Part shown: piece by piece, positions 57,401 to 60,271 of the stretch
How the letters are laid out: every line of letters begins with the position of its first letter
Position numbering within the stretch: position 1 is the stretch's first letter
Source of the DNA: a virus
Lineage: Duplodnaviria; Caudoviricetes
Length of the DNA: 60,271 nt
Strand: one strand, 5' to 3'
Virus record (IMG/VR): IMGVR_UViG_3300032282_003042
Span: 1 to 60,271 of that record
The notes under the pieces: model-generated
Told to the model about the DNA's origin: nothing
Databases searched by the model: none
The model's input: the letters and a program-made list of their open reading frames with translations, nothing else
Translations under genes and position numbers: made by a program

Positions 57401-58543
57401 ATATTGATAGATAACGCCAGCTGTACTAATAACATATGCTTTAGTTCCATCAGAACTAAAATCCAATCCCATTGGGTTGCTACTAGTTTGTGCAGTTGTA
57501 GATAATTGATAATACGCTGTACTAATATCCCAAGCAGTTCTTAGTGTAAAAGATCGAACTCTATCATTGGTATCCCCGCCAATATATAATTTAGTTCCAT
57601 CAGATTTAAAAAATAATGATGTTGAAAGAGCATCCCAACTAGAAACAATTAAAGATTTATTATCATAACTTAATGTACTAATATCCCACGCTGTAGATAA
57701 AGTATATTGATATACCGTATTGGTAGCTTGCCCTATTAAATAAACTTGTGTTCCATCTGGTTTAAAGTATAAAGATGATGAAATAGTATCTTGAGCAAGT
57801 ATTGAAGTTTGTTTTAAATCAGATACTGCCGTGGACATATCCCAATCAGTAGTGAGAGTAAATTGATATACTATAAAACCGCCAATTCCAACGACATAAA
57901 ATTTAGTACCATCGGATTTAAAAGCAATTCCTGTTGGTGAACTTTCGTAACCAGCTAAACTAAAACTTTTACTGGAATAAGATGCTGTACTAATATCCCA
58001 TGCTACTGATAAATTATACTGATAAATTGTTGCTGTTGTTGTTCCCACCACATAACATTTAGTGCCATCAGTACTAAATGCCAATCCAGTTGGACCAGTT
58101 TCTTGAGATCCAACATTAAATGATTTGCTATCAAATGAAGCTGTTGTTATATCCCAAGCTACAGATAAAGTATATTGATAAATTATACGATTAGTAGCTC
58201 CCAGCACATATGCTTTGGTTCCATTTGAACCAAAAATTACTGATTGCGGGGAAGTATCTATTGTAGTTAAAGAATCCACTAAAACTGCTGTGGAAATATC
58301 TTCTGGATTTGTTAATTTATATTGAGCAATTGCATCACCAACATCAGTAACAGCAAATATTTTATTGTTATTAAAACTAACAAAAAAATCTTGAAAAGAT
58401 GAACTTTCAGATAAAGTTTTATTAAGTGAAGTATAATAAAAATAACCCAAATTATATTTTACACTACCAAGATATACGTTATCTTCTGGTAAATAAAATG
58501 ATGATCTTTTGGCTTTATTAAAGGTTCCCCCTAATAATTTCAT
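51488..58543 (-). CDS. giant beta-propeller repeat protein (2,351 aa), putative virion adhesin
   Basis: About 45 hand-counted repeats of ~50 aa, consensus xxFSSDGTKxYxxGxTNxTIYQYxLSTAWDISTAxY; located in the fibre/neck region. Confidence 0.85.
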   Translation of the reverse strand: MKLLGGTFNKAKRSSFYLPEDNVYLGSVKYNLGYFYYTSLNKTLSESSSFQDFFVSFNNNKIFAVTDVGDAIAQYKLTNPEDISTAVLVDSLTTIDTSPQSVIFGSNGTKAYVLGATNRIIYQYTLSVAWDITTASFDSKSFNVGSQETGPTGLAFSTDGTKCYVVGTTTATIYQYNLSVAWDISTASYSSKSFSLAGYESSPTGIAFKSDGTKFYVVGIGGFIVYQFTLTTDWDMSTAVSDLKQTSILAQDTISSSLYFKPDGTQVYLIGQATNTVYQYTLSTAWDISTLSYDNKSLIVSSWDALSTSLFFKSDGTKLYIGGDTNDRVRSFTLRTAWDISTAYYQLSTTAQTSSNPMGLDFSSDGTKAYVISTAGVIYQYTLNTAGDTNTAYYSGKSLTVSTQDSVSMGVKFSSDGTKAYIIGDTNNTIYQYTLSTAWDISTGSYASKSLTITTQDALPTDLAFSSDGTKAYVLGDTNNTIYQYTLSTAWDISTGTYATKSFAVTTQTTAPNGIAFSSDGTKCYVSTYTTTTVFQYTLSTAWDISTTTYASKSLLFTSYDTNASAVSINSTGTKLYVLGVTNKLVHTFTLATPYDLATATNTAPENYSTSTLDTSLTGVAFSSDGTLMYTSGDTNDRIYQYKLSVAWDASTAIPFRQTLLISGQEATSYDMTFSSDGTKAYISGTSVVYQYNLSSAWNISTATYASKSLTTSTQDTASRAITFKSDGTAFYMAGQTNDTVYQYTLSTAWDISTATYATKSVLISARETTVTGIYFKSDGLSLYVMGDTNDRVDQFNLTVAWDVSTATYASKTFSIGTQEATASALFFNPDGSSFYIVGTTTDTIYQYNLSSAWDISTASYSGKSYLISSLEPTSSGLFFSSDGTSCFIVGNASDTINQLNLATAWDISTANLGYLSVLTEDTSTTDLCFNSSGTRLYVLGNTNDRINQYNLSVPWNVGSGTFSTFVSITKQENIPLGLFLGNNGTRMYILGSGSDRIYSYILQTPDELSSLYVPASLTLSDTSPRDICFNSSGSKFYISGNTTTTIQQYELSTPWDITTTTYSSKSFSTSLLASPPTGVFLKSDGGKIYVCGSQKISEIVLLTNEDISTAQKNYFSISSQETLVSGLTFSTDGTKAYIVGQTNDTIYQYNLSIAWNINSASYSNKSFNISLLDGTSASLTFNLDGTKVFLVGSTNDRIHELILSTAWDISTAYYRKSLYVGSQDTGVLSGAIFGNSGYNLYVLGDTNNTVYQYNLTTPYDLFTATYSSKSFSVSAFEATFNGLYISSDGKQFFVMGDDNNRVYQFSLSTAWDLSTAYSIYTKKYSPLARETSPEGLAIGDSGTKLYVVGTGSNTVFQFNLSTPYQISTATYANKSFSTATWASNATSVSFNPTGTKMYVIGYANDYVREYKLSTAWDVSTAAESYFFKSTSAQALDPNDLFLGNNGTKLYVLTNNIIYQYTLSTPNLVTSATYDSKTFTTTTHYEANVLGFTLKSDGTKLYINGTTNDRIGEYLLTTPWDITTAITPYKSLSVSARDTNPYDLCFGDSGLKLYILGQTNDTIYQYNLTVAYDISTATFATKSFSVTSQETVPSGIAFSSDGTKCYIVGTASDNIRQYTLSTAWDISTASYSTKTLSILTQDTTSAALAFSSDGTKAYIIGDTNNTIYQYTLSTAWDISTGSYASKSLNVTTQEGNPSGMCFNPTGTILYVGGFSTDAIYQYTLSTAWDISTATYASKSVSIVLQDGDSRGIAINSDGTAIYVIGGTTALVWQFPIGTAYDISTTNIGYVTVVTQDTTSAGIFFKPDGTRIYMVGQSNDRVFEYNLSVAWQVSTATYSRQSVVLAELSAGGVYFKDDGTKFYVVGSANDRIYEYSMSSAWDVTTATVNSFSVSIVNDDATSTGIVFDSTGSNVYIVGQGSDGVYQYPLETSWTVRAINNGFVSVNAQDGTPQGFCFSNDGSKLFMVGTSNVTKYIYQYDLSVPFLVSSAVYSKSSGTAVSGYDSITRGIEITPDGTSIFMIGSTNDSIYQINLATPNDVASISLAYTRSITNLTTDPSDLKFNNDGTKLYVSSTNIDIFQFDLTTPYDLSTIITGSSGATTVGTQDALPTDLAFSSDGTKLYALGDTNNTIYQYTLSQPWNISSITYASKSFAVTTQDALPRGLIFSSDGSNCYVIGNTNNTVYQYNLSTAWDISTASYSGKSLNISVYGTTYNGLSFNDAGTILYATETSSARILHYDLSFPWDLSTAYLGYLNIAAVENTVYGISFDNEGSKLFLIGSQNNRIIQYDLSTPWYLYTATLNSNSFFNISTSSVGISDTILTNVSFNEVGTKLYVYGATNNKLYQFNVAFT
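53479..53596. repeat. 118-bp exact direct repeat, copy A
   Basis: Identical to 57190-57307 by manual alignment. Confidence 0.85.
57190..57307. repeat. 118-bp exact direct repeat, copy B
   Basis: Identical to 53479-53596. Confidence 0.85.
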
Positions 58544-58905
58544 TATACTATTTCCTCGTAACCTATTATTACATCCACCGAATTAGCTGTAGAAGCTAAA
58601 GCTCTTATACTACTTCCTTCCACAATATAAAAATAAGATTCTTTTGTACTCACAATTTGTGTTGAATATCCAGGAACATTCAATGTTTTACACAAATAAA
58701 AATCATTTGTACCGTTGTAAATACTTATACTTATACTAACACTAGATACTCCTCCAGTATTAGCAACAAATATACTATTGATTTTTAATACTTTATTGCT
58801 ACTTGCAGTATTTGTTAATACCGAAGTAACACTAGTTGTTGATAGTGATGTTGTTGATGTTTTCCCTGTGATAGTTCCAGGATTTTTTATGTTTGGTGCT
58901 GTCAT
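58543..58905 (-). CDS. hypothetical fibre-associated protein
   Basis: 120 aa, beta-rich; translationally coupled (TAATG) to the giant repeat gene. Confidence 0.75.
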   Translation of the reverse strand: MTAPNIKNPGTITGKTSTTSLSTTSVTSVLTNTASSNKVLKINSIFVANTGGVSSVSISISIYNGTNDFYLCKTLNVPGYSTQIVSTKESYFYIVEGSSIRALASTANSVDVIIGYEEIV

Positions 58906-58930
58906 GGATGTAATATTCTACGACTACTTG

Positions 58931-58952
58931 ATCCCTAAATGTATTTAGGGAT
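58931..58952 (-). promoter_or_regulatory. inverted repeat containing a late-promoter core (CTAAATA)
   Basis: ATCCCTAAAT-AC-ATTTAGGGAT on the minus strand. Confidence 0.5.
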
Positions 58953-58953
58953 A

Positions 58954-59172
58954 TTAAGAAAATATCATACTCATAATTACTGGATCCGTTGCCTGCGTTC
59001 CCGATATTCCAGTTAATTCTGATCCATCACCAACAAATTTTACGGCAGTTATTTTTCCTATGTTAGAACCTTCTATCGTAATTCCAGAACCAACTGTCAA
59101 TTTATCATCCACGACATTTGAAGTCATTAAATTTTCTGAAACTAAATTTGCTAGCTGTCTTGTCTTGCCCAT
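58954..59172 (-). CDS. small fibre-like hypothetical protein
   Basis: 72 aa; ITAVKFVGDGSELTGI fibre-type motif; TATAAATA at 59184-59191. Confidence 0.7.
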   Translation of the reverse strand: MGKTRQLANLVSENLMTSNVVDDKLTVGSGITIEGSNIGKITAVKFVGDGSELTGISGTQATDPVIMSMIFS

Positions 59173-59225
59173 AGTTTTTTAATTATTTATATGTTATAAC
59201 AAATATATAAATTATTTTTTAAAAA

Positions 59226-60271
59226 TTATCCAAATCTAGTTATAGAACCTAACACCGTGAAAGTACCTCCAGCAGTTTTAATAATAGACCAAGTATAAAA
59301 ATCATATCCAGATGTACTTAATCCAGCTGTTGGAGCTGATCCTCCTTGCCAGTTTACTGTGACTGAATTACCATCTACAGTTAAACTATTAGTATAAAAA
59401 CTAGTTGATGATTGCTTTGAAATTACATTTATATCTATAGATTGTCCTACTGATAAAATACTATTTAAAGTTGTACTTGCATCACCTCTTATATTATGAG
59501 TCCATGTTGCAGAAGAAGCAGTGGTAAAGAGCCAAATATTAGAAGTTTTTGTGTCAATATTTGCAGTCCCATTTGCAGTGCCAGAAACAATATTCATTCC
59601 TTTTATAATGGCACTTCCGCCTCCAGTTCCAGCTGGACCTTGTATTCCTTGCGCTGCGTATGACCCACTTAAACCTTGTAAACCTTGCGTACCGTAAAAT
59701 CCTTGAACTCCTTGAAAACCTCTAGTTCCTTGTAGTCCATCTGTTCCTTGTATTCCTAAATTGCCTTGAACTCCCTGAACACCTTGATTTCCAGTAGTTC
59801 CCGCTGGCCCTTGAATACCCTGCAATCCACTAGAACCTAAAATTGTTACTATGTAAACAACAATTTCTATAATATCTCCAGTACTTGCACCATCATTTAA
59901 TGTAATAGATGTCCCATTAAAAGCAGAATATTCGCTAGAATCTAATTTAATTCCATTTAAAAATACATCAATATAATTTGGAATATAATTTGTTGTAAAT
60001 ACTGTTTGATTATTAGACGCAACAAATCTAATTACTGATCTATCAGTAGTTGCTCCTTGTGCCCCTTGATTACCTTGAATACCCTGAGTTCCTTGAATAC
60101 CCTGGATACCTTGAGTTCCTTGGATACCTTGGATACCTTGTGTTCCTTGATTTCCTTGAATGCCTTGTGTTCCTTGGTTTCCTTGAATGCCTTGTGTTCC
60201 TTGGTTTCCTTGAATGCCTTGTGTTCCTTGGTTTCCTTGAATGCCTTGTGTTCCTTGGTTTCCTTGAATGC
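59226..60271 (-). CDS. collagen-like tail fibre protein (5' end outside the window)
   Basis: Frame is open from 60269 to the stop at 59226; G-X-Q triplets, an intervening DVFLNGIKL domain, and a C-terminal V.WQGGSAPT..DFYTWSIIKT domain. Confidence 0.85.
   Translation of the reverse strand, partial: IQGNQGTQGIQGNQGTQGIQGNQGTQGIQGNQGTQGIQGNQGTQGIQGIQGTQGIQGIQGTQGIQGNQGAQGATTDRSVIRFVASNNQTVFTTNYIPNYIDVFLNGIKLDSSEYSAFNGTSITLNDGASTGDIIEIVVYIVTILGSSGLQGIQGPAGTTGNQGVQGVQGNLGIQGTDGLQGTRGFQGVQGFYGTQGLQGLSGSYAAQGIQGPAGTGGGSAIIKGMNIVSGTANGTANIDTKTSNIWLFTTASSATWTHNIRGDASTTLNSILSVGQSIDINVISKQSSTSFYTNSLTVDGNSVTVNWQGGSAPTAGLSTSGYDFYTWSIIKTAGGTFTVLGSITRFG
60136..60270. repeat. 27-bp tandem repeat, 5 units (encodes IQGNQGTQG)
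   Basis: Unit CCTTGTGTTCCTTGGTTTCCTTGAATG; four identical units and one with a single mismatch; runs to the window edge. Confidence 0.9.

Noticed and set aside
51488-58543. Diversity-generating retroelement or CRISPR-like interpretation of the repeats
   Set aside because: No reverse transcriptase or cas gene in the window; the repeats are in-frame coding units; duplicated segments are identical rather than differing at adenines
1-60271. Alternative genetic code or stop-codon reassignment
   Set aside because: Core genes translate full-length in the standard code, all three stop codons are used, and the only tRNA is a normal Ser tRNA (anticodon UGA reads UCA; it is not a suppressor)

Overview
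A 60-kb, AT-rich segment of a T4-like myophage. The gene set (cobS, mazG, hsp20, 2OG-Fe(II) oxygenases, compact replication module) is typical of cyanomyoviruses, although the host cannot be proven from this window. Almost everything from 2.6 kb onward is on the minus strand. In window order it contains: small exported/membrane genes and a thermonuclease (+ strand); a putative lysis cassette (membrane proteins, GH24 lysozyme, C39 peptidase); nrdB/nrdA; primase; putative head/internal proteins; tRNA-Ser(UGA); mazG; the replication and recombination module (gp41, uvsX, gp43, hsp20, regA, gp62, gp44, gp45, cobS with a vWA/peptidase partner, gp46, gp47, gp55, uvsW, uvsY); the virion module (gp3, gp23, gp22, gp21, gp20, gp19, gp18, gp17, gp16, gp15, gp14, gp13); a 2,351-aa protein of about 45 beta-propeller-type repeats; and a collagen-like fibre gene that runs off the edge. 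I saw no introns, inteins, CRISPR arrays, transposases or reverse transcriptase. The most notable observations are: a candidate -1 frameshift at the end of a modular head protein; a 20-bp palindromic motif at fixed spacing from -10 boxes at three promoters; a late-promoter/RBS hairpin gating the nuclease-lysis operon; two different lysins sharing one N-terminal module; a GC-rich three-way RNA junction antisense to a lysis-cassette gene; an orphan antisense promoter near uvsW; and exact DNA duplications inside the giant propeller gene. All product calls come from motif recognition and synteny, not database searches.
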